Below, piece after piece: positions 30,338-41,335 of a stretch of 64,000 bases of DNA. The position numbers and the translations under genes were made by a program. The DNA comes from Myxococcota bacterium. Its GTDB lineage: Bacteria; Myxococcota_A; UBA9160; UBA6930. Numbering within the stretch: the stretch's first letter is position 1; every line of letters begins with the position of its first letter. The notes under the pieces are model-generated. The model was not told the DNA's origin, searched no databases, and worked only from the letters and a program-made list of their open reading frames with translations. The stretch is from contig OZ245002.1 of assembly GCA_965223415.1 (NCBI GenBank), positions 4,000,001 to 4,064,000 on the forward strand, read 5' to 3'.

Positions 30338-32017
30338 CTACTTCGCCGGAATCGTGATGCGTTGTCCCGGCTGCAGACGGTGGGCGTTGCGGATGCCGTT
30401 CAGGGCGACGAGGGCACTGCGGGTCACGCCGAAGCGCCGCGCGATGCCGTCGAGGGTGTCGCCGCGCCGCACGGTGTAGACGCCAGCGCGGGCCAGCTCC
30501 GGGCGGGCGCTCACGGCGCCGCCGGGCAGCTCGAGGACCTGGCCGGCGCGGATGCGGTTGCGGTCGCGCAGGTGGTTCGTCGACAAGAGGTCGCGCTCGC
30601 TCACACCGAAGCGGCGGGCGATGGAGGAGACCGTGTCGCCCCGCTGCACCGTGTAGAGGCCGTCCTTCGGCAGCGCGGCGGGCGGCTGGCTGGGCACGAC
30701 GCGGCCAGCGCGCACCGGGAGCTTCAGGACCTGGCCGGCGCGGATCCGATGGCGGCTGCGCAGGCCGTTCAGCGCCACCAGCTCGGATTCGCGCACTCCG
30801 AAACGGCTCGCGATGCGGGAGAGCGAATCGCCCCGCCGCACCCGGTAGGTGCGGTCCGGGAGCTGCTTCGCGTGGCGCTGGTGGCCGCCGAGTCCGGCGA
30901 TCACCACCTTGCCCGAGGCCCGCATCGGATCCGGCGGCACCCGAAGGGGATAGCCCTTGGGCACGAGCTTCTGCCCCGTCCACACGGGGCTGCGCAGCGC
31001 CGGGTTGGCCCGGCGCAACTCGTCGGTGCTGACGCCGAAGGCCGCCGCCAGGTCCGACGCCTTTGCGTAGTGCGGGAGCGTCACGATCTCCGGCCGGTCC
31101 GGCGGCTCGATCTGGAGCTTCCCGAAGTGGCGCTCGGCCTCCTGCTGTACCTCGAGGGCCGCGAGGAACTCGCAGTAGAAGTTGCGGGAGGCGAAGCCGA
31201 AGGTGCGGCTCTTGTAGCGGTCGAGGATCTGCTCGATGTTTCGGGTGCCGAGCTTGCGCACGGCGCGCTCCATGCCACCCGGGCCGTGGTTGTAGGCGGT
31301 CAGGGCCAGCGGCCAGGTGCCGAGCCTCTCGTGGTTCGAGCGCAGCAGCCTCGCCGCGGCGACCGTCGCCAGGAACGGATCGTTGCGCTCGTCCACCACA
31401 TGGTCGACGCGCATGTACATGCGCCCGGTGCCGCGAGTGAACTGCCAGAGGCCCGAGGCGCCCACGTGGGAGCGGGCCCTCGGGTTGAACGACGACTCCA
31501 CGTGGGGCAGGGCGGTCAGGTTCGCCGGCAGCCCGCGATCCTGGAACACCCGCCGCATGTAGGATTCCCAGCGCCCCTGGCGGATCAGGCCGGCCCGGAA
31601 CTTGTCCGCCTGACCGCGCTGGAAGCGCACCTGGCGGCTCGCCTCCCGCAGCGTGGCGTTGCTGACGCCCTGGGGAAAGAGCGCCAGGATCCGCTTCTGC
31701 TCGGCGTTCAGCCCGCTCCGCTTGCCGCTGGCGAGGGTGCGCAGAACCTTCTTGATGGCCTCCCGCTCGGCCTTGATCGCCCGGTCGCGGGCGCGGCGCG
31801 AGAGGTTGCCCGACGCGGCCACCGTGCCGTACACGACCCGGAGGTCCCGGGAGTCGTGCATCAGCCCGTGATCGGTGTCGACCTCGGCGTAGATGCGCTT
31901 CCAGAAGGCGACCCGCGGCTCGAGCTTCGCGGGCTTCGGGAAGGCGGGTCCGGCGGCGGCCGGGCCGGCGAGCAGGACCCAGGCGATCGCGATCAGGAGC
32001 GGCAGACGTCGACCCAT
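30338..32017 (-). CDS. MltD-like lytic transglycosylase with LysM repeats
   Basis: 'HVESSF', 'GLWQF' and 'AYNHG'. Three clear C-terminal LysM domains (YxVxRGD). Confidence 0.9.
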   Translation of the reverse strand: MGRRLPLLIAIAWVLLAGPAAAGPAFPKPAKLEPRVAFWKRIYAEVDTDHGLMHDSRDLRVVYGTVAASGNLSRRARDRAIKAEREAIKKVLRTLASGKRSGLNAEQKRILALFPQGVSNATLREASRQVRFQRGQADKFRAGLIRQGRWESYMRRVFQDRGLPANLTALPHVESSFNPRARSHVGASGLWQFTRGTGRMYMRVDHVVDERNDPFLATVAAARLLRSNHERLGTWPLALTAYNHGPGGMERAVRKLGTRNIEQILDRYKSRTFGFASRNFYCEFLAALEVQQEAERHFGKLQIEPPDRPEIVTLPHYAKASDLAAAFGVSTDELRRANPALRSPVWTGQKLVPKGYPLRVPPDPMRASGKVVIAGLGGHQRHAKQLPDRTYRVRRGDSLSRIASRFGVRESELVALNGLRSRHRIRAGQVLKLPVRAGRVVPSQPPAALPKDGLYTVQRGDTVSSIARRFGVSERDLLSTNHLRDRNRIRAGQVLELPGGAVSARPELARAGVYTVRRGDTLDGIARRFGVTRSALVALNGIRNAHRLQPGQRITIPAK

Positions 32018-32199
32018 CGATCCTTCGCACATCGGCAGAGCAGCGGAGAAACTGACGCGGGTACCCGGGCTCGAGGGCCCTCTCGCGGCCCGGAACCGAA
32101 ACCCAGGGTAGGAACCTAGGGTGCGGGCGGGCCGCCCGCCCAGGCTGGGGACCCGGCCGCCCGCAGGGGGTTCAGGCGAAGTTCATCCCGCCGCCGCGG

Positions 32200-33714
<1,515 letters not shown>

Positions 33715-33807
33715 CGCGCCTCCAGCGAACGGGGGAGGAGGATAACAACGCGGTGTGGTATCTCCCCGTCCAGCCCGGAGAGGCGGGCGGCAGCGCGAGG
33801 AGATCCG

Positions 33808-34026
33808 ATGCCCACCGACGTCGAAGCCCAGATCACGGGCAACGTCTGGAAGATCGAGATGGCCGTGGGGGACAGCGTCGAGGAGGAAGACGTGATCCTG
33901 ATCCTCGAGTCCATGAAGATGGAGATTCCCGTCGAGGCCCCCTGCGGCGGCACCCTCGCCGAGATCAAGGTGAGTGAAGGGGACAACGTCGAGGAGGGCG
34001 CCGTCCTCGCAGTGATCGCCGACTAG
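33808..34026 (+). CDS. Stand-alone biotin/lipoyl carrier protein
   Basis: 'LESMKME' biotinylation motif. GAGGAG RBS. Confidence 0.9.
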   Translation: MPTDVEAQITGNVWKIEMAVGDSVEEEDVILILESMKMEIPVEAPCGGTLAEIKVSEGDNVEEGAVLAVIAD

Positions 34027-34033
34027 GCGCATC

Positions 34034-34882
34034 GTGGCGAAGGGGCTCAAGGTCCGCTCCCTGCGCCCCCGCGACCGGGACGCCGCGCTGATCCATCTCG
34101 AGAGCGAGCCGCGCCTCAACCTCGCCCTGATCGATCTCGTCCTCCGGCTGGGCCGGCCCGTGCCCCGGCGCGAAGCGCGACCGGAGCTGATCGGCGCTTG
34201 GCGGGGGGATCGCCTCGTCGGCGTCGCCGCCCTCCGGCCGAGCGTGATGCTCGACGCCCTGGCCGAGCCCGACGCCCTCGAGGCCCTGTTCCCCCACCTG
34301 GCCGGCGTCGGCTCCGGCCTGGTGAAGAGCACCGAAGAGCGGGTCGGCCCGCTCTGGGCCTGGCTCGAGGACCGCGGCCGACGCGCGCTGCTCGACCGCA
34401 TCGAGATCGCCTACGCCGTCGGCCCCGGCTCGCTCCGCCCCGCCGAGCCCCCCGCCGGCTGGACGATCCGCCCCGCCCGGGACGCCGACCTCGACGCCCT
34501 CGTCGAAGCCGCCCGCGAGAGCCTCCGCGAAGAGGACCGCCCCGACCCCTCCAAGGGCGACCCGGTCGGCTTCCGACGTTGGGTCCACGGTCGCCTGCCG
34601 CGAGCCGTGGTCGGAGAGTGCGACGGGCAGCTCGGTTTCGTCGGCTACGCCGATGTGCAGTGCAAGCGCGGCTGGCTCCTGCAGGGGGTGTTCACCTGGC
34701 GCGAGGTGCGCCGCGAAGGCATCGCCGCCGCAGGGGTGAGCGAGCTGTGCGGACGGGCGTTCGAGCACGGGGCGGAGCACGTGCAGCTCGCGGTGGTGGA
34801 GGGGAACGTGGCGGCGGAGCAGCTGTATGCGCGCCTGGGTTTCGAGGCGTACGCGCGGCTGCGGACGTTGCTGTTCGTCTGA
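34034..34882 (+). CDS. GNAT family N-acetyltransferase
   Basis: C-terminal 'RREGIA...NVAAEQLYARLGF'. Confidence 0.85.
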   Translation: MAKGLKVRSLRPRDRDAALIHLESEPRLNLALIDLVLRLGRPVPRREARPELIGAWRGDRLVGVAALRPSVMLDALAEPDALEALFPHLAGVGSGLVKSTEERVGPLWAWLEDRGRRALLDRIEIAYAVGPGSLRPAEPPAGWTIRPARDADLDALVEAARESLREEDRPDPSKGDPVGFRRWVHGRLPRAVVGECDGQLGFVGYADVQCKRGWLLQGVFTWREVRREGIAAAGVSELCGRAFEHGAEHVQLAVVEGNVAAEQLYARLGFEAYARLRTLLFV

Positions 34883-35049
34883 GGAGCGTGGGTGGAGCTG
34901 GGGCGGGCCCGGGTCGCGAGCGGGGTGCGCTCGGGGGCTTCGGGGGGGGTGCGGGCTTGGGTTCGGGCCTTCGATCCAGCCGAGATCCCGGTGACCTCGC
35001 TGCCGCCGCCAGCAGAGGCGCTGGTGTGGGAATTGCGTGGATGACAGTC

Positions 35050-35059
35050 GTTATATAAC
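35050..35059. promoter_or_regulatory. Palindrome GTTATATAAC, putative TetR operator / -10 region
   Basis: A perfect 10-bp AT-rich palindrome 23 bp upstream of the TetR start, in a GC-rich background. Confidence 0.5.
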
Positions 35060-35082
35060 ATCCGTCTGGAAATGGATGCCCC

Positions 35083-35652
35083 ATGCCCCGCTCTCCCAGT
35101 CTCTCCCGCGCCCAGGTGCTGGCGGCGGGCCTGGCGCTGCTTCGCCGGGAAGGCGAGGTGGGCCTGAGCGCCCGGGCCCTGGCGGCCGCGCTCGGCACCT
35201 CTACCCAGCCCATCTACACCGCCTTCGGCGACATGGCCGCGCTCGAGGAGGCGCTGCTCGAGGAGGCCCGCGGCTTCTTCCTGCGGGCGGTGCTCGTCCG
35301 GCGGCCCGGGGAAGGCGCCTACGAGAGCATCGGGCTCCGGCTCCTCGAGTTCAGTCGCGACGAGCCCGGGCTCTTTCGCTGGATCATGACGTCGGGGCGC
35401 ATGCACCTGGACTTCGGGCGCGCGCGCAGCTCGCCCGAGTTCGAGGCGGTGCTGAAGCGGATGGGAGAGGATCCGGAGCTCGCTGGTCTGGACGAGCCCG
35501 CCCTCGTCCGCATCAACCGGGGGCTCTGGTTCTTCACCTACGGTCTCGCGGTCTCGATCGCCGACGGCCTGGTCGGGGCGTCGCCACGCACGGTGCGCCG
35601 CTACCTGAACGAGGCGGCGCGTGCGCTGATCGCGGGAGAGCAGGGGCGGTGA
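35083..35652 (+). CDS. TetR/AcrR family transcriptional regulator
   Basis: 'LSARALAAALGTSTQPIYTAFGDM' HTH. Confidence 0.9.
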   Translation: MPRSPSLSRAQVLAAGLALLRREGEVGLSARALAAALGTSTQPIYTAFGDMAALEEALLEEARGFFLRAVLVRRPGEGAYESIGLRLLEFSRDEPGLFRWIMTSGRMHLDFGRARSSPEFEAVLKRMGEDPELAGLDEPALVRINRGLWFFTYGLAVSIADGLVGASPRTVRRYLNEAARALIAGEQGR

Positions 35653-36659
35653 AGCGGCTCGCGCTTTCACTGGCCGCCCTGGTACTCGCACAGGGATGCG
35701 CTCACCTCGGTGCGGACGGCGTGCTCGCCACCGACACCCTGGACGGGCACGCCCGCCGCGTCGGCCTCCTCACACCGTCGCGCACGCAGGTGCAGCTTTG
35801 GTACGAGCGCAGCGGCCCCGCCGACGCGCCGGCGGTCGTGCTCCTGAACGGCATGGACTCCCAGGCGATCTACTGGCCGACGGACTTCGTGGTCGCGCTG
35901 CTCGACGCGGGCCACCAGGTGATCCGCTACGACGCCCGCGAGGCGGGCTTCTCCCAGCGGCTGCCGTTCCCCGACGGCTTCGATCCGGAGGCCTGGACGC
36001 CCGAGGAGGCGCCGCCCTATCCGCTCGCCGCCCACGTCGACGACCTGTGGGGGCTCCTCGACGGGCTCGGCGTGTCGCGCGCCCACCTGGTCGGCGTCTC
36101 CCAGGGCGGCATGGTCGCGCAGCTCGCGGCGCTCGACGCGCCGGACCGCGTCCGCTCGCTGACGCTCCTGGCCACCACGCCGTCGAACCCCTACGACCCG
36201 GTGCTCGGCGGTGTCGCGCCGGCGCTCCTCGCCGACCTGCGCGTGCTCGCGCCGCGGGCCGGCCGGGCGGCTGCGTTCGCCTGGCTCGGGTGCGGTCGGG
36301 TGGTCGACGCGCAGACGGCGCTGCTCGCGCGCATGGCGGGCGGGGATGCAGCGGTGCGCGCGGAGATCCGTCGCTACGTGCGCGCGACCTGCCGGCGCGC
36401 CGGCATCAACGGCCGCTCCGCTCAAGGCTTCGCGGTGGCGGGCGCCCCCAGCCGGCTGGAAGCGCTCCGCAGCCTCCGCGTCCCGACCCTGGTCGTACAC
36501 GGCAGGCAGGATCGCTTCTTCGGTCCGGCCCACGCGGAGGCCCTGGCCGCCGCGATTCCGGGCGCGCGCCTCCTGTGGGTGGACGCCGGCCACGGCTTCC
36601 CGGTGCGGCGCTTCACCGAGCCCATCGACGCCATGCTCGAGAACTTCGGCCGGCGCTGA
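35649..36659 (+). CDS. Alpha/beta hydrolase, probable lipoprotein
   Basis: Lipobox 'LAQGC', GVSQG, 'VHGRQD' and 'AGH'. GTGA overlap with tetR. Confidence 0.85.
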   Translation: MKRLALSLAALVLAQGCAHLGADGVLATDTLDGHARRVGLLTPSRTQVQLWYERSGPADAPAVVLLNGMDSQAIYWPTDFVVALLDAGHQVIRYDAREAGFSQRLPFPDGFDPEAWTPEEAPPYPLAAHVDDLWGLLDGLGVSRAHLVGVSQGGMVAQLAALDAPDRVRSLTLLATTPSNPYDPVLGGVAPALLADLRVLAPRAGRAAAFAWLGCGRVVDAQTALLARMAGGDAAVRAEIRRYVRATCRRAGINGRSAQGFAVAGAPSRLEALRSLRVPTLVVHGRQDRFFGPAHAEALAAAIPGARLLWVDAGHGFPVRRFTEPIDAMLENFGRR

Positions 36660-36663
36660 GCTC

Positions 36664-36817
36664 CCGCAGCTTGAACTCCCCTCCACCCCTCGCGTTATCG
36701 TCCGTCCTTCCCCGACGAATGGATGGAGACTCCATGGCACGCTTGGACGGAAGGGTCGCGCTGGTCACCGGCGCAGGTGGTGGGCTCGGACGTGAGCATG
36801 CGCTGGCGTTGGCTCGC
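36664..36817 (+). repeat. Left copy of ~153-bp imperfect direct repeat (upstream region + first 28 codons of SDR gene)
   Basis: Aligns with 51331-51482. The last 64 bp (36754-36817) are identical to 51419-51482. Confidence 0.95.
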
Positions 36818-36886
36818 CTGGGCGGCAAGGCGGGTCGAGCGCAAGCTGTGGACTGGGCCCGGTGTCAGCCTCCTGAGTCTCGTTGA
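36734..36886 (+). pseudogene. Truncated 5' fragment of SDR oxidoreductase
   Basis: MARLDGRVALVTGAGGGLGREHALALAR, then unrelated sequence and a stop. Confidence 0.85.
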
Positions 36887-37668
36887 GATGGCGCGGGCGG
36901 AGGTGCACCTTCCCACCAGAGCTCATCACGATCGACGAGCACGAATCCCAGCTTCGAGGCGACCGCCTGGCTCGCCAGGTTGTCGATGGACGTCGACCAG
37001 CCCGCACGCCGCCCGCTGGCGATGATGATGCGCGCCAATACGCCGGAGCATGCCGGACTGGCTCCGCGACCTCGGGCGTCCGGCTCGGTCACGACGGCCA
37101 TCTCGCCGATCTCCCGCCCCAGGGCGCTCACTGCAGCGACCGAGAGGAGCCGCTCTCCCTCGAAGGCACCAACCGCCCAGCCACTACGCGAAAGGTTCTC
37201 CATCCCCTGCCAACGATCCGCGATCCAGCGGATCTCGTCGGAAAGCGCTTCCAGTAAAACCAGGTCGTCCGGGCAGATCGCTCGGATGGCCATTCCGGCG
37301 GGCGCCTGCATCATCACCGGGGGCTGGTGAAGCAGGTACTCGAGCCGCGACCAAGCGCGTAGCCCTCCGGGCCTCGCTTCCAGGAGCCCGTCGAACCCGT
37401 GGCGAGGCTGGACGAAGAGGCGGTCCCAATGGAAAAGGAGCTCGTCCACGACGCGCCCATAGTCTTCGGCGGAGACGCGGTTGGCATCCCCCCACAAGTC
37501 CATCATGCCGCCGCAGAACTGAAGGGCCGCTCGTGGCCGCGGCCAGCGATCCACCCACCAGCGCCCCAGGCCCGTCCCGAGGCCATGTTGCGCCGTCAAG
37601 GCTCCCACCTTCTCGCAAGGCAGCCCGCGCTCCAGCTCCCACCAGTGCCGTGGATTCAGCTCTTGCAT
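36865..37668 (-). CDS. GNAT family N-acetyltransferase
   Basis: 'VVTEPDARGRG...WSTSIDNLASQAVASKLGF'. Confidence 0.75.
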   Translation of the reverse strand: MQELNPRHWWELERGLPCEKVGALTAQHGLGTGLGRWWVDRWPRPRAALQFCGGMMDLWGDANRVSAEDYGRVVDELLFHWDRLFVQPRHGFDGLLEARPGGLRAWSRLEYLLHQPPVMMQAPAGMAIRAICPDDLVLLEALSDEIRWIADRWQGMENLSRSGWAVGAFEGERLLSVAAVSALGREIGEMAVVTEPDARGRGASPACSGVLARIIIASGRRAGWSTSIDNLASQAVASKLGFVLVDRDELWWEGAPPPAPSQRDSGG

Positions 37669-37997
37669 CGAGAAAGCGCTACGTCTTGTAGAACCGAAAC
37701 CGACGTGCGAACGGCAGGCCCCACGGGCTCCCCGACCCGTTCGGGCAAGTGTTCCCGACCCTGCCGGCGACGCCATCGCGTGGCAGGCAGCCGGAACACA
37801 GCCGAGAGGCGGCGGCGGCCGGGGGCCGCCGATGAGCCCAACGTCTCGCCTGCCCCTCGTTCAATGCGATCGCCGGGATCGCACGGTCGGCCACGTCCAC
37901 GCTGGTTCGCCTGCTGCTGGAGCCGGTCTCAGAAACGTGAAACGCGTACCGGCCTTCCTCGGAGAGCCGGGTGCGCTGGACATTTCTGGGACGGGCT

Positions 37998-39602
37998 CTA
38001 GTCGTCACCGCAGTCACTCATCGCTCCCTCGACCAAGAGTGTGTTCCGCTCGGTCTCCGTAAGCAGGTTCTGCTCGACGAAGCTCTGGAGCGTCCTCGTC
38101 AGGCTGGACACGTACTGGCCGTGGTTCTTCCAACCATTGGCGGTTCCGAAGGGCCCGCTACAGGGAACGAGCTGGTGCACGGAGCAGCCCGTCGCGTCCG
38201 TGACTTCCGAGAGCGGCGTGAAGAGGCAGGCGTCGGCCACGTCTGGCACCTCGTCGGCATCGGCGTCTGTGTCGCACGCGTCGCCGAGGCCGTCGCCATC
38301 AAAGTCCGCCTGCTCGGAGTTGGGGTCGTTCGGGCAGTTGTCGACGTCGTTGGCCACACCGTCGCCGTCCAGATCGGCGTCGCACGGATCTCCCCGCCCG
38401 TCACCGTCCGTGTCCGCCTGGTCGGGGTTCGGGATCAGGGGACAGTTGTCGGCATCGTCGGCGAGACCGTCCCCGTCGTCGTCCGCGTCGCAGGCGTCGC
38501 CCGTCCCGTCGCCGTCCGAATCGTCCTGGCTCGAGTTGGCGGTCAACGGACAGTTGTCCTGATCGTTCGACACACCGTCGCCGTCGGTGTCTGCATCACA
38601 AACGTCGCCGATGGTATCACCATCCAAGTCGCTCTGATCCGGGTTTCCATCCAAGGGGCAATTGTCGGAGACGTCGTCCACACCGTCCGCGTCGTCGTCG
38701 GGATCGCACGCGTCACCGAGGCCGTCCTGGTCCAGGTCCTCCTGGCCGGGGTTCGGAAGCAGCGGGCAGTTGTCCACGATATCGAGCACGCCGTCGTTGT
38801 CGCTATCCGAATCGCAGACGTCGCCGGCGCCGTCGCCATCCGAGTCCAGCTGGTTCGGATTCGCCGCGAATGGGCAGTTGTCCGACAGATCCAGCACACC
38901 GTCCCCGTCGTCGTCCGGGTCGCAGACGTCGCCTGCACCATCCGCATCGTTGTCGTTCTGATCGGGGTTCGCGTCGACCGGGCAGTTGTCGCTGGCATCC
39001 GGCGAACCGTCGTTGTCGTCATCCGGGTCGCAGGCATCGCCCAGCGCGTCGCCGTCGAGGTTGGACTGCGTCGGATTCGGAGTCTGGGGACAGTTGTCGT
39101 CGACATCCAGGACGCCGTCGAGGTCGGAATCGCCGTCTGTGATGGAGAAGGAGACCCCCGGCAAAGCGGTCGGATCTTCAAGGCCGAAGAAGTGGACGTC
39201 CTCCCAGCTCACGGTGGCGGAGCCGGTCTGGACCGCCTGGAACGTGACGACGGCGACCTGGAGCTGGTCCGGAACGAGCGCGATGACTCCCGCGACCTGG
39301 CTGAAGACGTCCTGCGTATCCGCGCTGCCAGTGAGCGGGCCGATCACCCAGGCAATGGCGCCGCCGAAGCTCGTATGCGGGGTCTGCGTCGCGCTCGTGA
39401 CGGTGACGAGCGCCCCTGGAAACCGGATCCCACCGAAGACAAGGGTGGATGCGGCACCTTCGGGATCTCCCACGATCGTGAGGGTGACCGTCTCCCCGAC
39501 CGTGTAGGAGCTCTTGTCCGTCGTCATCGACAGCGTGGCCGCTGCTGCAGTCCCGCAGAGCGCCAGGGGGGCCAGAAGCGAGAGCAAGAGTCGCCGGGCC
39601 AT
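37998..39602 (-). CDS. Secreted thrombospondin type-3 repeat protein with N-terminal beta-sandwich (cohesin-like) domain
   Basis: Signal peptide 'MARRLLLSLLAPLALCGTAAA'. Eight 36-aa units DxDxDG..DNCP..N..Q.D.DxDxxGDxCD. C-terminal 'WKNHGQYVS'. Confidence 0.9.
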   Translation of the reverse strand: MARRLLLSLLAPLALCGTAAAATLSMTTDKSSYTVGETVTLTIVGDPEGAASTLVFGGIRFPGALVTVTSATQTPHTSFGGAIAWVIGPLTGSADTQDVFSQVAGVIALVPDQLQVAVVTFQAVQTGSATVSWEDVHFFGLEDPTALPGVSFSITDGDSDLDGVLDVDDNCPQTPNPTQSNLDGDALGDACDPDDDNDGSPDASDNCPVDANPDQNDNDADGAGDVCDPDDDGDGVLDLSDNCPFAANPNQLDSDGDGAGDVCDSDSDNDGVLDIVDNCPLLPNPGQEDLDQDGLGDACDPDDDADGVDDVSDNCPLDGNPDQSDLDGDTIGDVCDADTDGDGVSNDQDNCPLTANSSQDDSDGDGTGDACDADDDGDGLADDADNCPLIPNPDQADTDGDGRGDPCDADLDGDGVANDVDNCPNDPNSEQADFDGDGLGDACDTDADADEVPDVADACLFTPLSEVTDATGCSVHQLVPCSGPFGTANGWKNHGQYVSSLTRTLQSFVEQNLLTETERNTLLVEGAMSDCGDD

Positions 39603-39695
39603 GGTGTGGCCCTTGGCTGTTCGGAGCGTCATCGGTTGAGCCTCCTCACGCAGCGGTGCATTCGTGGCCAAGCTTCACACGCCGAACGGGTTGCG

Positions 39696-39716
39696 GACCT
39701 TACGGTTTGCTGATCA
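39696..39716 (-). promoter_or_regulatory. Conserved upstream box TGATCAGCAAACCGTAAGGTC (copy 1)
   Basis: 21 bp identical to 51173-51193. About 94 bp upstream of the TSP3 gene. Confidence 0.75.
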
Positions 39717-39805
39717 GGTCCGCGCCGGCGTGAGCCCCCTGGGGGACGCTTCGGGTGGGGGCTGCATTCGGGATACAACCGAGACCCGGACGAGCCGCGT
39801 GCAAG

Positions 39806-39822
39806 CGTAAGCGAACCGTAAG
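39806..39822 (+). promoter_or_regulatory. Related box CGTAAG-CGAAC-CGTAAG (copy 2)
   Basis: Direct repeat with 11-bp period. TATAGA lies 22 nt downstream. It precedes the glycosyltransferase. Confidence 0.65.
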
Positions 39823-39908
39823 AATTCGGGACCGGCAGCGGCGTTATAGATGCGTTCCGATTGCCCGCTTCCCTCGGGACGCCGGCCAGGTCGAGGCAGC
39901 AGACGCAA

Positions 39909-41207
39909 ATGGAACGCTTCTTGGTCGCAACTCAGCCGCTCACCGGACATCTTCGACCGTGCTTGCCGATCCTCCGGGCACTCGTCGATCGGGGACACTC
40001 GGTGGGTTGCTACACGGGAGCTCGATTCAAACCCGAGGTGGAAGCGGTAGGGGCTGACTACGTTCCCATGAGCGCCAGCGCCGACTTCGACGATCGTGAG
40101 CTCGAAGCTCGCTTCCCCGACATCCACGCCCGCCGCGGAATCCGGTCGGCGCTCTTCGAGATCGAGCACCTCTTCGTCCGGCCCGGTCCAGTGCACGCAG
40201 ATGATCTCGCCCTCGAGTTGGCTCGCCGGCCTGCCAGCGCGCTTCTCGCGGACGTGACGATGCAAGGGCCCACGATTTTCGCGAACACCCCGATGCCTCC
40301 GCTCGTCGGGCTCAGCGTCTTCAGCCTGCCGGTCCCCAGCAGGGACCTGCCGCCCTTCGGAACATGCCTCCACCCTGGCGGCTCCCCGGTTGGCCGGCTT
40401 CGCGATCGCGTGCTGAGATCGCTGATGCCGTCCGTGCCCTTCTTCCTCTTGCAGCGCAAAGTCAACGCGATCAGGGCGGATCGTGGACTGCCGCCGCTTC
40501 GCACCAACTTCCTGGTCGCGGGCTACGGCTGGCACGACCGGGTCGTTCAGGGGACCGTGCCGGGATTCGAGTATCCGCGGTCCGACCTGCCCGAGCACAT
40601 TCAGTTCGTGGGCCCGTTCCTCCCTGAGCCCGCGACTGACTTCAATCCCCCCGAATGGTGGCACCGACTCGGAGGGCAGGACAAGGTCGTCCTGGTGACC
40701 CAGGGCACGTTCGTGCGCGACCCAAGCATGCTGATCGGACCAGCCTTGCAGGCCCTGCAAGGCGAGCCGTTTCTCGTGGTGGTGGCCGGAGTGCCCGCGA
40801 GCGAGCTGCCCGACCCCATGCCGGCGAACGCCGTCGCCGAGGAGTTCGTTCCCTTCGATCGGCTCCTTCCTCACGTCGACGCGTTCGTCACGAATGGCGG
40901 CTACGGTGGTGTCCAGCACTCCCTCGCGAACGGCGTGCCGATGGTTGTTGCCGGTCGCACTGAAGAGAAAGGCGAAACGGCAGCTCGGGTGGCGTGGTCG
41001 GGGGTCGGCGTCGATCTCAAGACCGAGTCTCCGGCTCCGGAACAGATTCGGTCGGCTGTCCGATCCGTTCTCTCCACACCGCGATTCGCGCAGGCTGCGG
41101 GGGAACTGGCGAGCGAGATGGCCAGCTGTGACGCCGCCATGGAGACCGTGCAGGTCTTGGAGTCATTCGGACGACGCACATCGATGCGGACGAGATCTTC
41201 GGCCTAG
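39909..41207 (+). CDS. Family 1 (MGT/UDP-glycosyl) glycosyltransferase
   Basis: 'GHLRP', 'VLVTQGT' and 'FVTNGGYGGVQHSLANGVPMV...EEK'. Confidence 0.92.
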   Translation: MERFLVATQPLTGHLRPCLPILRALVDRGHSVGCYTGARFKPEVEAVGADYVPMSASADFDDRELEARFPDIHARRGIRSALFEIEHLFVRPGPVHADDLALELARRPASALLADVTMQGPTIFANTPMPPLVGLSVFSLPVPSRDLPPFGTCLHPGGSPVGRLRDRVLRSLMPSVPFFLLQRKVNAIRADRGLPPLRTNFLVAGYGWHDRVVQGTVPGFEYPRSDLPEHIQFVGPFLPEPATDFNPPEWWHRLGGQDKVVLVTQGTFVRDPSMLIGPALQALQGEPFLVVVAGVPASELPDPMPANAVAEEFVPFDRLLPHVDAFVTNGGYGGVQHSLANGVPMVVAGRTEEKGETAARVAWSGVGVDLKTESPAPEQIRSAVRSVLSTPRFAQAAGELASEMASCDAAMETVQVLESFGRRTSMRTRSSA

Positions 41208-41335
41208 GCTCCTCGGGCCGTAGACGCCCGCTGCATGCGCGCGGCCGCGGTCGCCAAGCGGCCGCCTCGACGGGCGTTCGCAGATCGACGGGCGCTACCC
41301 TGCGGTCGCCCCACCAGCGAAACCAGAGTTGGCAC

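Noticed and set aside
33715..34401. N-terminal extension of the 733-aa ffh ORF
   Set aside because: It overlaps the biotin-carrier and GNAT genes on the other strand. Ffh homology starts at ATG 33714, which has a GGAGG RBS.
37669..37997. Possible small gene or remnant between the GNAT and TSP3 genes
   Set aside because: No ORF with a convincing start, codon pattern or motif.
38240..39140. ~108-bp periodicity that could suggest a CRISPR or non-coding repeat array
   Set aside because: The units are in-frame, degenerate at synonymous sites and encode TSP3 repeats. There is no constant repeat/unique spacer structure and no cas genes.
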